A stretch of DNA of 64,000 nt from Syntrophomonadaceae bacterium (GTDB lineage Bacteria > Bacillota > Syntrophomonadia > Syntrophomonadales > Syntrophomonadaceae): NCBI GenBank assembly GCA_050949885.1, contig JBMNGO010000007.1:103549-167548 (forward strand), in the 5' to 3' direction. The position numbers and the translations under genes are program-made. This document shows, in pieces, positions 8,921-20,233 of the stretch (the first letter of the stretch is position 1; every line of letters begins with the position of its first letter). Under the pieces are notes generated by a model that had not been told where the DNA came from, did no database searches, and saw nothing but the letters and a program-made list of their open reading frames with translations.

Positions 8921-10093
8921 CCTTGGTCCCGAGGCAAAAGATACTTTTTCTGAACCGTTAATTATACGATTTATTTGTTCCTCAATAAACTCGCTGTTTT
9001 CCTCGCTGTTTTTCAGGAAGTGAATGGTGTTCTCAATTCTCTCCTGGCTGGCTTTTATTTCCGACCATAATCTTTCCTCTTCAAAGAGGTTCATGCATTC
9101 CTGGAGATCATTAGCCCGGCCGGTTTCCAGATAGGTTTTAAAAGTCTTTAGAGTGTTGATATCCTGATAGTCAAAGTGAATAAAGGATTTTGTTATTATT
9201 CCATTATAAATATCCAGGCTGCGATTAATTTCTTGCAGCTTTTCTTCGGCAACATCAATATCCATCCAACAATCATCGATAAAATTTCTGCAATCTTCCT
9301 CCCAGGTTTCCAGGGCCTTTTTGTATCTGTCACAGGCTTTTTCATATTCCCGATAACGGATGTAATAGACCTTTATATCGTGATTAAAACTGTTACCGTC
9401 AGTTTCCTTATCTTTGCGGCGGCTGCGGAAGGGAATCAGGTTATTCAAAGTACTGTTAGCTTCCTCCTGCTTGGCTGGTTTTTCAGGCAGGGTGTCTGGT
9501 TCCGGAGGAAACAACTCTTCCTGTTCTACAATGGCATAACGCCCTTCCAGAAGTTTGTTCAAGTAATTCAGATGGCGGTTAAGCTTTTCGGTTTTTTCCA
9601 AGCAGCATATGCACATTTGTACATCTTTAAGGAGTTCATTTTTATTGCGAGCTGCCTTTTTGCCGTTTTTTCTACTTTTGTAGTAGGCTTGCAGTTCCCT
9701 GTCCAAAGGGGGTATTTTATCCAAAGTCCTAAGGTGGTTTAGATCTTCAGCGCAGACCAATTGGTCTTTGGGGGGAACCTTTTTGGTGAAGTAAAACTGG
9801 GTATTGGTTTTAGGAAAATAATAAGGGCCAATCTTATCCAGATACGGGTTGGCAGCGAAACTTAGAAGGTTTTCTTTGGATTCGATCTCCTCTTGCAGCA
9901 TATCGAACCATTCCTGGGCAGATAATGGGGCAGATTCCTTTTCTATTGTCTGGGATAGTTCAAAATAAGCGGATAAGGGAATTTCCAGGAAGGAGTTATA
10001 ATAATAAAAAAGCAAGTCATAGGGCCTGACCTTTTTTAAAACCGATAGGTCTACACAATGGGGGGCATGTTTATTAACAAAGGTAAAAAACAT
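8912..10093 (-). CDS. hypothetical protein (charged, coiled-coil-rich)
   Basis: Long ORF. The start is reassigned to the ATG at 10093, which lies 9 nt after AGGAGG. The ATG at 10102 abuts the RBS, and the 10228 start overlaps the upstream gene. No family recognised. Confidence 0.6.
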   Translation of the reverse strand: MFFTFVNKHAPHCVDLSVLKKVRPYDLLFYYYNSFLEIPLSAYFELSQTIEKESAPLSAQEWFDMLQEEIESKENLLSFAANPYLDKIGPYYFPKTNTQFYFTKKVPPKDQLVCAEDLNHLRTLDKIPPLDRELQAYYKSRKNGKKAARNKNELLKDVQMCICCLEKTEKLNRHLNYLNKLLEGRYAIVEQEELFPPEPDTLPEKPAKQEEANSTLNNLIPFRSRRKDKETDGNSFNHDIKVYYIRYREYEKACDRYKKALETWEEDCRNFIDDCWMDIDVAEEKLQEINRSLDIYNGIITKSFIHFDYQDINTLKTFKTYLETGRANDLQECMNLFEEERLWSEIKASQERIENTIHFLKNSEENSEFIEEQINRIINGSEKVSFASGPRLV

Positions 10094-10163
10094 CAAACTC
10101 ATCCTCCTGTTTAGAATTAAACAAAGGATGATTTCTATATTTTTCCAGATTTTCCTCCTTTTA

Positions 10164-11786
10164 TTAGGATCTTTTATTTTTGATTTTATCAACAACCGAA
10201 ATGAATATAGGAACCAGCTCTGGATCAAACTGGGTACCTGAGCTTCTAATGATAAGCTTTATAGCCTTCTCATGCATCATGGCTTTACGGTAGGGGCGAT
10301 CGTTGATCATGGCATCGTAAGCATCAGCAATGGCCAGCATACGGCATTCCAGAGGTATTTCCCTTCCTTTCAGTCCCAGGGGATAGCCTTCCCCGTTCCA
10401 CCACTCATGGTGCTTGAGAATCCAGTCAGCAATAGGGGTCAGCTCTTTAGCGGAAAGAGCTATTTGGTACCCTTTGTTACAGTGCGTCATCATTTCTCTG
10501 GCTTCATCAGGAGCTAAAGGCCCCGGCTTGAGGAGAATGGAATCGGGTACACCAACCTTGCCGATATCATGAAACTGGCTAAATAGTTTCAAGTCGGTAT
10601 ATCTGCGTTCGCAAATTTTCAGTTGTTGGGCCATAGCGATTACCAAGGACTGAAGCCGGCAGCCATGTCCTTCAGTCATATGATCTCTTTCTCCCAGTGC
10701 TTTCATCAGTGTATTAACGATGGCATTACGCGTGCTTTGATTACTATATAGTTTTTCCTTATACATATTGTCATTGGCCTCTTTAAACAGATCGGTCACG
10801 GAAAGGCTGCAGCTGGTCCTGATAGAAGAGCCCAGGGAAAGGCTGAGGGGAAAACTCTTGTGAGCATAATTGTAATTTTTCACACACCTTTTAATCTGCA
10901 AACGAATCTTTTTTAAACCATCTTCAGTAATTCCGGGAAGGAGAACAGCGAACTCGTCTCCGCCTACTCTGGCTACCATATCTCTTTTGCTCAGGAACTT
11001 TTTAATTATTTGCGCTGTTAAGGTCAGCAGGTTATTAGCGTAATCATAACCCATAGCATCATTTATAAGCCTGAATCCATCGATATCGCATACCAGCATG
11101 CCCAGTGGCGCACATTTATTCTCTTCTAGTTTTCGTACAGCTTTTTCAAAAAAAGCACGATTATAGCAGCCGGTCAGAGGATCATGGGAGGCAACAAACT
11201 GCAGCTGCTTTTCCAATTGTCGGCGGGTTTCAATTTCCTTGTGCAGCTGATTATTAGCATGGGCGATTTCTTCCTCAAATTTTTCCCAATACCTAAAAAA
11301 GCTTTCTGCCAGCCTTTGTTTGGATATATCTTTAAACTCAAGAATTAATAGATCAGCGATACGAGGACCGCTTAAAAGTCGGCCGGTCATTTCTAAACAG
11401 CGCCACATTCCCGACCTATCACAAAATCTCAGTTCCTGAGTTCTGTTGATGCCTTCCTTTAAACAGGCAATGGTTTTCTTAAGTTTTTTTAAGTCTTGGG
11501 GGTGAATATGACGAAAAACCCTGTGGCTAATCAACTCCCGGCTTGGGTAGCCCAAAATAGCGGTTGCTGCAGGGTTTACATAAATACACCGATTGTCTGT
11601 AAGGTTGTATAAAGCAACAATATTATTGGTATTTCCGAAATAAAAATCGTTAATCCCTTCTGTTCCTACCAAGCCGGGTTCCACGTTTAAATCGCGTCGA
11701 GTCAACATGACGGGTGCACAGCTGGTTGTTACATGCCTGGAAAATCTAATTATTTTGTGTAAAGCCAAGTTTGTATTACTTTTCAT
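10164..11786 (-). CDS. PAS-GGDEF-HD-GYP c-di-GMP signalling protein
   Basis: Intact GGDEF (RVGGDEFAVLL), plus HD (FHDIGKVGVP) and GYP (HHEWWNGEGYPLGL) motifs. N-terminal PAS-like region. Confidence 0.9.
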   Translation of the reverse strand: MKSNTNLALHKIIRFSRHVTTSCAPVMLTRRDLNVEPGLVGTEGINDFYFGNTNNIVALYNLTDNRCIYVNPAATAILGYPSRELISHRVFRHIHPQDLKKLKKTIACLKEGINRTQELRFCDRSGMWRCLEMTGRLLSGPRIADLLILEFKDISKQRLAESFFRYWEKFEEEIAHANNQLHKEIETRRQLEKQLQFVASHDPLTGCYNRAFFEKAVRKLEENKCAPLGMLVCDIDGFRLINDAMGYDYANNLLTLTAQIIKKFLSKRDMVARVGGDEFAVLLPGITEDGLKKIRLQIKRCVKNYNYAHKSFPLSLSLGSSIRTSCSLSVTDLFKEANDNMYKEKLYSNQSTRNAIVNTLMKALGERDHMTEGHGCRLQSLVIAMAQQLKICERRYTDLKLFSQFHDIGKVGVPDSILLKPGPLAPDEAREMMTHCNKGYQIALSAKELTPIADWILKHHEWWNGEGYPLGLKGREIPLECRMLAIADAYDAMINDRPYRKAMMHEKAIKLIIRSSGTQFDPELVPIFISVVDKIKNKRS

Positions 11787-12075
11787 AACCCGCCTCCAAT
11801 GATTTACAGAACAAAAGACCGCAAGAAGCAGTCCAGGATCTACCAGGATAGGAGAATATTATATTGTGTGCTCAGTACAAAAGGCTGTTTTCACCAAAAC
11901 AGATGGTTTTTCCTTCCTCAAAAAACCAATAGCAAATTTTCTGTAACCAATTGTCAGAATATTAACATATATTTAATATTTTGCCGATAAATTTTCGACT
12001 TTCCAGGAGAAATTTTCCCTGAACATTGATTTTTGCCTATAATATGGATAGACTAACTGGACTAGGGGTGAAAGT

Positions 12076-12372
12076 ATGAGTGAAGGTTTACCATGGTTTG
12101 TCAAAGATTACGAAAAAAATGATGCAGAGTTTTATTCTGTAATCAAAGCAATGGCTGAAACATCCACCAATACCAGGGCATTGGACCCAAAAACCAGATA
12201 TTTGATCCTGATGGCCCTTGATGTATTAAAAGGTGCCCCAGAGGGAGTCAAAGTCCTGGCAAAGCAGGCGAGAGCAGCCGGAGCCAGTGAAGAAGAAATC
12301 AAAGAAACAGTAAGACTGGCTTATTACGTTTCAGGAATGGATGTGATTAAAACAGCCCTGAATGCCTTCTAA
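12076..12372 (+). CDS. carboxymuconolactone decarboxylase (AhpD-like) family protein
   Basis: 98 aa with CMD-like helical sequence (DPKTRYLILMALDV...). RBS GGGGTGA. Confidence 0.6.
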   Translation: MSEGLPWFVKDYEKNDAEFYSVIKAMAETSTNTRALDPKTRYLILMALDVLKGAPEGVKVLAKQARAAGASEEEIKETVRLAYYVSGMDVIKTALNAF

Positions 12373-12396
12373 ACAATGATAACGGGAGAAAATTAA

Positions 12397-13119
12397 ATGT
12401 TTAAAGCAGTGTTGTTTGACCTTGATGGAACCCTATTAAATATTAATATGGACCAGTTCCTCAAACAGTATTTTCGTAAAATGCAGGAAATGGCAGTATC
12501 CCAGGGATTTACAGGAGTAGAACGCTTAGTACAGCAAATAATGCTATCTACCGATGCCATGATAAAAAACCTTGATCCTGGATTGCGTAACCAGGAAGTA
12601 TTTGAAAGAGACTTTTATCAGCATTGGCATTACCCTCACCATGAATTTCAGAAATTCTTTGAACGGTTTTACCGTGAAGGGTTTCCGCAGCTAAAACAAT
12701 ATACCAGACCCTTTACCGGTGTACCGGAAATGTTGGAAGAAGTATTTAATAAGGGATATAAAGTCGTTATTGCCACCAATGCAGTATTTCCCATGACAGC
12801 ACTTATTCAGCGGTTGGAGTGGGCAGGGTTGGGGCAATTTCCCTTTGACCTGATTACTTCTTATGAAAATATGCATTTTTGCAAACCCCAAATCCAGTAC
12901 TATGAAGAGATCTGCCAAATAATAGATACAGAACCTGATCAATGCCTGATGGTGGGAAATGATGTAGGTGAAGACATAATAGCTTCAAAGCTTGGCATGA
13001 AAACCTTTTTGGTGGAAAACCTCCTGATTGATCGGGGTGAAGGCTTTACTCCCGACTGGCGTGGCAGCCTCGATCATCTCTTTATGTTCATTAGGGAATT
13101 AACAGGGGTAGCAAAATAA
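12397..13119 (+). CDS. HAD-superfamily hydrolase
   Basis: Motif I DLDGTL at residues 8-13, and a late GNDVGEDI motif. Confidence 0.8.
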   Translation: MFKAVLFDLDGTLLNINMDQFLKQYFRKMQEMAVSQGFTGVERLVQQIMLSTDAMIKNLDPGLRNQEVFERDFYQHWHYPHHEFQKFFERFYREGFPQLKQYTRPFTGVPEMLEEVFNKGYKVVIATNAVFPMTALIQRLEWAGLGQFPFDLITSYENMHFCKPQIQYYEEICQIIDTEPDQCLMVGNDVGEDIIASKLGMKTFLVENLLIDRGEGFTPDWRGSLDHLFMFIRELTGVAK

Positions 13120-13184
13120 AAAGCGCAAATAAGAAACCGGCCTCTGTTGTTAAGATTTAAACTAAACAGGCGAGGTAGAAAAGG

Positions 13185-13649
13185 ATGCAGGAAGTTGAAA
13201 AAGTAAGAGAATTTTTACAAGAAAGAAATCCGGAGTTAAACATAATTCAATTGGCAGAGGACATTAGCACCTCAGAACTGGCCGCCCAGGCCCTGGGTAC
13301 GGAAGTGGGGCAGATTGCCAAATCCATGCTTTTCAAAACTAAACAGAATGGGTTTGTTTTAGTGGTTTCAGCAGGCGATGTGAAAGTTGACTCCAAACTA
13401 ATGAAAGATCTGGTAGGGAGCAGAGTACGAATGGCCCGGGCTGAAGAAGTGGAAGAAGTGACCGGCTTTAAGGTTGGGGGAGTATGCCCTTTTGCCTTGA
13501 AAGAAGATATTCTGATTTATCTGGATGAAAGCCTCAAACGTTACGATATAGTATACACTGCGGCAGGAACAGCCAAAACTGCGTTACCTATCGGCTACCA
13601 GGAACTGGTTCGTATTACTGAAGGAAAACCCTGCCGAGTATGTAATTAA
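13185..13649 (+). CDS. YbaK/EbsC/ProX-type aminoacyl-tRNA deacylase domain protein
   Basis: 154 aa with a KSMLFK...GGVCPF pattern typical of YbaK-like editing domains. Confidence 0.7.
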   Translation: MQEVEKVREFLQERNPELNIIQLAEDISTSELAAQALGTEVGQIAKSMLFKTKQNGFVLVVSAGDVKVDSKLMKDLVGSRVRMARAEEVEEVTGFKVGGVCPFALKEDILIYLDESLKRYDIVYTAAGTAKTALPIGYQELVRITEGKPCRVCN

Positions 13650-13676
13650 TAGAGTATTCAAGTCAGGAGAAAAAGT

Positions 13677-16600
13677 ATGACAGGCAGTTTTGTTCATTTA
13701 CATAATCATACCGAGTACAGCCTATTGGATGGTGCCTGCAGAATAAAAAACCTGATCTCCAGAGCCAGTGAACTGGGCATGCCCGCTATTGCCATCACTG
13801 ATCATGGGGTTCTTTACGGAGTAATTGATTTCTATCGGGAAGCCAAAAAGCAGGGCATAAAACCCATTATCGGCTGTGAAGTATATGTAGCTCCCCGCAG
13901 CCGGTTCGATAAGGAACCCCGGTTGGACGATGCCCAATACCATATGGTTCTTTTGGCCAGGAATAATGAAGGGTATAAAAACCTGGTTCAGATGGTAAGC
14001 CAGGCCTATCTTGAAGGTTTTTATTATAAGCCTCGAGTGGACCGGGAATTGCTGGAAAAATACCATGAGGGATTGATTGCCCTGACCGGTTGTATAGCCG
14101 GAGAGATTCCTCAGCTGATCATTAGTGGCAATCTTTCTAAAGCCAGGGATACTGTCAATTATTTTAAAGAGGTTTTTGGTCCCGGCAATCTCTATTTAGA
14201 AATACAAGACCATGGGATTCCAGAGGAAAAGGTAATGGTACAAGGGCTGATTACCTTAAGTGCCCAAACCGGTGTCCCATTGGTAGCCACCAATGATTTG
14301 CATTATGTTAATAAAAATGATGCGGCAGTTCATGACGTACTCTTATGTATTCAAACTGCTGCCAGGGTCAACGATGAAAACCGGATGCGTTTTCCTACCA
14401 GTGAATTTTATTTAAAAACTGAGTCCGAGATGAGAGCCCTTTTCCCCGATCTGCCGGAAGCCATCACTAATACCCTAAAAATTGCTGAGGAGTGCCAGGT
14501 AGAATTTTCCTTTGGCGAATTTCATCTGCCTTTTTTCCAAATACCTGAGGGATATACCGAGGAATCATATCTGGAAGCAATGGTAAGAGAAAAGTTCGCT
14601 GTCAAGTATCCGCAGCAAGACCGGCAAATAGCCGAGAGAATGGAATACGAACTAAAGGTAATAAAAGAAATGGGATTTGCCGGATACTTTTTAATCGTTC
14701 AGGATCTGGTCAACTGGGCCAAAAAAGAAGGGATTCCCGTGGGACCAGGCCGAGGTTCGGCAGCAGGGAGCTTGGTGTCCTATATTCTTGATATTACCGG
14801 GATTGATCCGTTGAAATATGATCTTTTGTTCGAGCGGTTTTTAAATCCGGAAAGAGTGAGTATGCCTGATATTGATATAGATTTCTGCTTCGAAAAGCGA
14901 GACCGGGTAATTGATTATATCATCAATAAATACGGAAGTGACCAGGTAGCCCAAATAATCACCTTCGGAACCATGGCAGCCCGGGCGGCTATCCGGGATG
15001 TAGGCAGAGCTATGGATATCCCTTATGCCGAAGTTGACCAGATAGCCAAAATGATTCCTGGTGAACTGGGGGTAACCATAGACAAAGCCCTGCAGATTTC
15101 CGCCGATTTAATTCAAGCGTATCAAAATGACTATAACACCCGTAAAGTAATTGATGTAGCCCGCGCTATTGAGGGGATGCCCCGCCACGCATCAATCCAT
15201 GCCGCTGGAGTGGTAATCGGGAAGGAACCCCTAAATACGATTCTGCCACTCCAGAAAACACCTGAAGGGCATGTGGTGACACAGTTTACCAAAGAAACCG
15301 TCGAAGATATCGGTTTGCTCAAAATGGACATTTTGGGGCTGAGGACCTTAACGGTAATTGAAAGGGCCATTGATATAATAAAAAAAACCAGGGGAGAAAA
15401 AATAGATATTGACCAGATCCCTTTTGATGATCCGGCCATTTACAAACTCTTGGCAGAAGGCCAGACTACTGGTGTATTTCAAGTGGAAAGCGATGGCTTA
15501 AAGCGTATACTGATGGAAATGAAGCCTGACCGCTTCGAGGATCTGATCGCCATAATCGCTCTTTACCGCCCGGGTCCTTTAGGCAGCGGAATGACGGAAG
15601 ATTTTATCAGGCGCAAAAATGGGCGCCAGCCCATTGAGTATCTGCATCCCCTTCTGGAGGACATTCTAAAAGGCACCTATGGGGTTATTCTGTATCAGGA
15701 ACAGGTAATGAGGATTGCCAGCGACCTGGCTAATTTCACCATGGGAGAGGCTGATGTGCTGCGCCGGGCTATGGGCAAGAAAAAACCGGATGAACTGATA
15801 GCCCAAAGGGAGAAATTCATTAAGGGAGCCAGTGAAAACAATATTGATCCCCAGATAGCCGCAAGACTTTTTGACCTTATGGAGAATTTTGCGGGCTATG
15901 GTTTCAATAAGAGCCACTCAGCAGCTTATGCAGTAATTACTTACCAAACTGCCTATCTGAAGGCCCACTATCCGGTAGAATATATGTGCGCTTTTTTGAC
16001 CAGTGTAATCGATAATCAGGACCGAGTTGTGTATTATCTCCGGGAATGCCAGAGAATGGGAATAAAAGTCCTGCCTCCGGATATTAATGAAAGCTTCGAA
16101 AATTTTACTGTAGCGGGAGATGCTATCAGATTCGGTTTAGGGGCCATCAAAAATGTAGGGTTAAATGCGGTGAAGAACATTGTTGAATTGCGAAAAAACG
16201 GTATTTTCAAATCCTTTTTTGATTTTTGCCGCCGGGTAGATTTAAGTCAGATTAATAAACGCATGGTGGAAAACCTGATATTAGCTGGCTGTTTCGATTC
16301 GGTGGGAATCACTAGAAAACAGGCCCTCTCCATTATGGAAGAATGTATAGAACTCTCCCAGCAAATCAAGCAGGGGGAACAAAGCATGCAATTATCACTT
16401 TTCGGGGATAACCAAGGGCTGATCGAGGAACCCAGGCCTGTGGTGACAGGAGAAATTCCCATCATGGAAAAGCTTATTCGAGAAAAAGAGGTATTGGGTT
16501 TCTATGTTTCCCAGAGCCCCCTGGAGGAGTATCGCCAGGTATTCCCTTTAATAATTACTCACCAGTTGGCAGATCTGACGGCGGCGGATGGTGATTCCTA

Positions 16601-17069
16601 TGTAAGGGTAGCCGGAATAATGTTAAACCTGGGCCGCAAAGTTAGTCGCCGGGGTGACAGCTATGCCAGCTTTTTCCTGGAAGACTTCAGCGGCCGGATG
16701 CAAGTCATGGTTTTTCCGTCGGCCTATCGTAATTATGCCTCCCAGTTAAAATCAGACCAGGCGGTGATTGTTGAAGGAATATATGATACCCATGATGAAC
16801 AGCCTAAAATAATCCTTAGAAACATTGCACCCCTCATGCCCCAGGTGGAAGAACTGCACATACGCATACCAAAAGAATTATATGATGATGATACGAAAAA
16901 AGAGCTGGTTAGAATTCTAAAGGCCAATTCCGGCAAAATAAGAGTATACTTGCACCTGCAAGGCGGAAAGGTTTTGTTGCTCAATGAAAAACTCAGTGCC
17001 AGCAGGGAACTGCAGCTAAAAGAGGAATTAACCGAAATCTGTGGAAAAGGCAATGTATGGTTTAGTTGA
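13677..17069 (+). CDS. dnaE: DNA polymerase III alpha subunit
   Basis: 1130 aa. PHP domain HLHNHTEYSLLDG, polymerase core (GPGRGSAAGSLVSY, MPDIDIDF), C-terminal OB fold. Confidence 0.97.
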   Translation: MTGSFVHLHNHTEYSLLDGACRIKNLISRASELGMPAIAITDHGVLYGVIDFYREAKKQGIKPIIGCEVYVAPRSRFDKEPRLDDAQYHMVLLARNNEGYKNLVQMVSQAYLEGFYYKPRVDRELLEKYHEGLIALTGCIAGEIPQLIISGNLSKARDTVNYFKEVFGPGNLYLEIQDHGIPEEKVMVQGLITLSAQTGVPLVATNDLHYVNKNDAAVHDVLLCIQTAARVNDENRMRFPTSEFYLKTESEMRALFPDLPEAITNTLKIAEECQVEFSFGEFHLPFFQIPEGYTEESYLEAMVREKFAVKYPQQDRQIAERMEYELKVIKEMGFAGYFLIVQDLVNWAKKEGIPVGPGRGSAAGSLVSYILDITGIDPLKYDLLFERFLNPERVSMPDIDIDFCFEKRDRVIDYIINKYGSDQVAQIITFGTMAARAAIRDVGRAMDIPYAEVDQIAKMIPGELGVTIDKALQISADLIQAYQNDYNTRKVIDVARAIEGMPRHASIHAAGVVIGKEPLNTILPLQKTPEGHVVTQFTKETVEDIGLLKMDILGLRTLTVIERAIDIIKKTRGEKIDIDQIPFDDPAIYKLLAEGQTTGVFQVESDGLKRILMEMKPDRFEDLIAIIALYRPGPLGSGMTEDFIRRKNGRQPIEYLHPLLEDILKGTYGVILYQEQVMRIASDLANFTMGEADVLRRAMGKKKPDELIAQREKFIKGASENNIDPQIAARLFDLMENFAGYGFNKSHSAAYAVITYQTAYLKAHYPVEYMCAFLTSVIDNQDRVVYYLRECQRMGIKVLPPDINESFENFTVAGDAIRFGLGAIKNVGLNAVKNIVELRKNGIFKSFFDFCRRVDLSQINKRMVENLILAGCFDSVGITRKQALSIMEECIELSQQIKQGEQSMQLSLFGDNQGLIEEPRPVVTGEIPIMEKLIREKEVLGFYVSQSPLEEYRQVFPLIITHQLADLTAADGDSYVRVAGIMLNLGRKVSRRGDSYASFFLEDFSGRMQVMVFPSAYRNYASQLKSDQAVIVEGIYDTHDEQPKIILRNIAPLMPQVEELHIRIPKELYDDDTKKELVRILKANSGKIRVYLHLQGGKVLLLNEKLSASRELQLKEELTEICGKGNVWFS

Positions 17070-17094
17070 TAAATATTAAAAGAGGGGGAGTCGC

Positions 17095-17343
17095 ATGAAC
17101 CAGGAATATATGGGAGAAGAATATATTGTGGTTAAAGCTCTCGAGAACGGCGTTACCATTTTCGGCCTTACCCGAGGAAAGGATACGAAATTCCATCACA
17201 CTGAAAAGCTTGACAAAGGCGAGGTTATGGTCCTGCAATTTACCGAGCACACTTCCGCTATGAAGATAAGGGGACGAGCTGAAATTCAACACCGCTTTGG
17301 AACAGTTATCAGCGAAAGCTACTCTGATTCCAGAAAAGCCTGA
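17095..17343 (+). CDS. small hypothetical protein
   Basis: 82 aa with a strong RBS (AGAGGGGGAG) 7 nt upstream. Lies in the tight gap between dnaE and pfkA. Confidence 0.55.
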   Translation: MNQEYMGEEYIVVKALENGVTIFGLTRGKDTKFHHTEKLDKGEVMVLQFTEHTSAMKIRGRAEIQHRFGTVISESYSDSRKA

Positions 17344-17382
17344 CGAAGAAACTAGAATAGGCTTTATTAAGGAGGTAGAAAT

Positions 17383-18339
17383 ATGCAAAAAGTAGCCGTT
17401 CTAACCAGTGGTGGGGATGCGTCAGGCATGAATGCTGCTATTAGGGCTGTAGTGAGAACCGCCATTTACCGGGAAATGGAAGTTTTTGGAGTTGATCGGG
17501 GTTTTGAAGGGTTAATCGAAGGTGATATTAAAAAAATGTCAGCCGGCTCCGTAGCTGATATTATTCATCGCGGAGGTACCATCCTGAAAACTTCCCGCTC
17601 TCAAACTTTCGAGACCTTGGAAGGCAGGCAAACAGCCAAGAGACAGCTGGATGCCCTGGGAATAGAAAACCTGGTGGTAATCGGGGGAAACGGCAGTCTC
17701 CGCGGCGGGTACGAGTTTTCCAAGCTGGGAATTAATGTTATTGGTATTCCTGCCACCATTGACAATGACATCGTTTATACCAGGTCCATTGGTTTTGATA
17801 CTGCTGTTAACACTGTACTGGAGTCCATCAACAGAATAAGAGATACTGCTACCAGTCATGGGCGCATTTTCATTATAGAGGTAATGGGCAGGGATTGCGG
17901 TGAAATCGCATTAGCCGCAGGTGTTGCGGGGGGAGCCGAATCCATTCTGATCCCGGAAATTGAACCGGATATCAACCAGGTGGTAGAGAAAATCAACAGC
18001 GGGAACAAAAGAGGTAAACTCCACAGTATCATCCTGGTAGCAGAAGGAGTGTTTCCCATAATGGAACTGAAGGAAGTACTATCTGAAAGAACCGGTAAAG
18101 ATACACGGGTTACCATACTGGGCCATATTCAAAGAGGAGGCATGGCTACCGCTGCTGACCGAATTATGGCTTCCTGTATGGGCAAAGCGGCTGTAGATTA
18201 TATAGTGCAAGGGACCAAAAATGTTATGGTGGCCATGCAGGGCAGCAGGGTGTTTTCTATTCCCTTGCAGGAGGTTATTAACGGCAAAAAGACTCCCGAG
18301 CTGGATATGTTTGAAGTAGCCCGGATACTATCAATATAA
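17383..18339 (+). CDS. pfkA: ATP-dependent 6-phosphofructokinase
   Basis: VLTSGGDASGMNAAIRAVVR, GGNGSL and PATIDND motifs. Confidence 0.95.
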   Translation: MQKVAVLTSGGDASGMNAAIRAVVRTAIYREMEVFGVDRGFEGLIEGDIKKMSAGSVADIIHRGGTILKTSRSQTFETLEGRQTAKRQLDALGIENLVVIGGNGSLRGGYEFSKLGINVIGIPATIDNDIVYTRSIGFDTAVNTVLESINRIRDTATSHGRIFIIEVMGRDCGEIALAAGVAGGAESILIPEIEPDINQVVEKINSGNKRGKLHSIILVAEGVFPIMELKEVLSERTGKDTRVTILGHIQRGGMATAADRIMASCMGKAAVDYIVQGTKNVMVAMQGSRVFSIPLQEVINGKKTPELDMFEVARILSI

Positions 18340-18356
18340 AATACCGAGGTGAAATT

Positions 18357-20105
18357 ATGAGGAAAACCAAAATAATATGCACCATAGGGCCAGCCAGCGA
18401 ACAAGTGGAAATTCTGAAAAAAATGATAGCCGCGGGCATGAATGTAGCCCGTTTAAACTTCTCCCATGGAACCCATGATGAACATAAGCAACGGATAGAA
18501 AACGTGCGCCAGGCAGCCAAAGAAACCGGCCAGCCCATAGCCATCATGCTGGATACCAAAGGCCCCGAAATTAGGACCGGAACCCTAAAAAATAAGAAAA
18601 TAAATCTAAAAGCCGGTCAGCAGTTTATTCTCACCAGCCGTAATGTTGCCGGTGATGAAAAGGAAGTGGAGATCAGTTATAAACAAATGCCCCGGGAGGT
18701 GGAAAAAGGGACTATCATCCTTCTGGCTGATGGACTAATCAGTTTGCAGGTAGAAGATACTACAGAAACGGACATAATCTGCCGGGTAGTTAATCCAGGC
18801 GAATTAGGAGAAAAAAAAGGTATCAACGTGCCCGGAGTGAGAATAAACCTGCCCTTCCTCAGTGACAAAGACCGTGAAGATATTCAGTTTGGGATTGAAA
18901 ATGGAGTAGATTTTATTGCTGCCTCTTTTGTGCGCTCCTCTGAGGATGTATTGGAAATCAGGCGAATTCTGGAAAAGCAAGGTGCTGATATAGATATAAT
19001 CGCCAAAATCGAAAGCCAGCAGGGTGTGGAAAACCTGGAGGCTATTATAAAAGTCACAGAAGGAATAATGGTGGCCAGAGGCGATCTGGGAGTTGAAATC
19101 CCGGCCGAAGAGGTCCCTCTGGTGCAGAAAAGTATTGTGGAGAAATGCAGCCTTAATGGCAAAATAGTTATAATTGCTACCCAGATGCTGGATTCCATGA
19201 TAAAGAATCCCCGCCCCACCCGGGCAGAAGTCTCAGATGTAGCTAATGCCATTTTTGAGGGGGCAGATGCCATTATGCTTTCCGGTGAGACTGCTGCCGG
19301 TCAGTATCCGGTGGAAGTTGTGGAAACCATGGCTCGTATTGCCAAAAAAGCTGAGGAAGCCTATCCTTACCAGGAAGTCCTCCGACAAAGGCGCTTCCAG
19401 GGTAGACTGTCGGTTACTGATGCTATCAGCTTTGCTACCTGTGCTACAGCTATGAACCTGGGGGCTGCAGCCATCATTCCGGTTACCAATTCCGGGCAAA
19501 CCGCCAAGATGGTAGCCAAATACCGGCCCCGGGCTAATATAGTGGCCGCCACCCAGGAAGAAAAAATCCTGCGCAAGCTGGTGCTGGTGTGGGGAGTAAA
19601 TCCGGTCCTGATAAATACTGCAACATCAACTGATGACTTGTTTAATTTCGCCATAAATGGTGCGCTAAAGGCCAACCTGATAAAAAACGGCGATATGGTA
19701 GTTCTAACTGCAGGCTTTCCTACCGGTTTTTCCGGGGGGACCAATTTGCTAAAAGTCCATACCATTGGTGAAATTTTAGTAGAAGGAATGGGAATTGGTT
19801 CCCAATCAGTAAGCGGTCCGGTGGTAGTTGTGATAAACCGCAAAGATCTCTCCAAAATTAAGGCCGGTGACATAGTAGTAACCCACCGAGCCAGCAGCGA
19901 ACTAGCCGATTATCTTGACAAAATTGCCGCCTTGGTAGCAGAAGAGGGAGGTCTAACATCAGATGCGGCTATCATAGGACTTAACTCCAACATTCCCGTA
20001 ATTGTGGGAGCACGCAATGCGGTGCAGGTTTTGCAGGAGGGAATGACGGTTACCGTTGATACCCCGCGGGGAAAAATTTACAAAGGAATAGCTCAGGTTG
20101 TGTAG
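18357..20105 (+). CDS. pyk: pyruvate kinase with C-terminal PEP-utilizer mobile domain
   Basis: KIICTIGPAS, MVARGDLGVEI, and a C-terminal region of about 100 aa of the phosphohistidine-swivel type, as in Bacillus-type Pyk. Confidence 0.95.
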   Translation: MRKTKIICTIGPASEQVEILKKMIAAGMNVARLNFSHGTHDEHKQRIENVRQAAKETGQPIAIMLDTKGPEIRTGTLKNKKINLKAGQQFILTSRNVAGDEKEVEISYKQMPREVEKGTIILLADGLISLQVEDTTETDIICRVVNPGELGEKKGINVPGVRINLPFLSDKDREDIQFGIENGVDFIAASFVRSSEDVLEIRRILEKQGADIDIIAKIESQQGVENLEAIIKVTEGIMVARGDLGVEIPAEEVPLVQKSIVEKCSLNGKIVIIATQMLDSMIKNPRPTRAEVSDVANAIFEGADAIMLSGETAAGQYPVEVVETMARIAKKAEEAYPYQEVLRQRRFQGRLSVTDAISFATCATAMNLGAAAIIPVTNSGQTAKMVAKYRPRANIVAATQEEKILRKLVLVWGVNPVLINTATSTDDLFNFAINGALKANLIKNGDMVVLTAGFPTGFSGGTNLLKVHTIGEILVEGMGIGSQSVSGPVVVVINRKDLSKIKAGDIVVTHRASSELADYLDKIAALVAEEGGLTSDAAIIGLNSNIPVIVGARNAVQVLQEGMTVTVDTPRGKIYKGIAQVV

Positions 20106-20233
20106 AAACCTGTCGATTATTCCAATAAAGTATCGAAGCTTAGGAGACCCCAAAATAAAGGAAAATCACAGCAGCATGTAGAAAAAATGAAATAGTTCAT
20201 TTAATAACAAGCAAAATAAAGGGGAGGTAATAA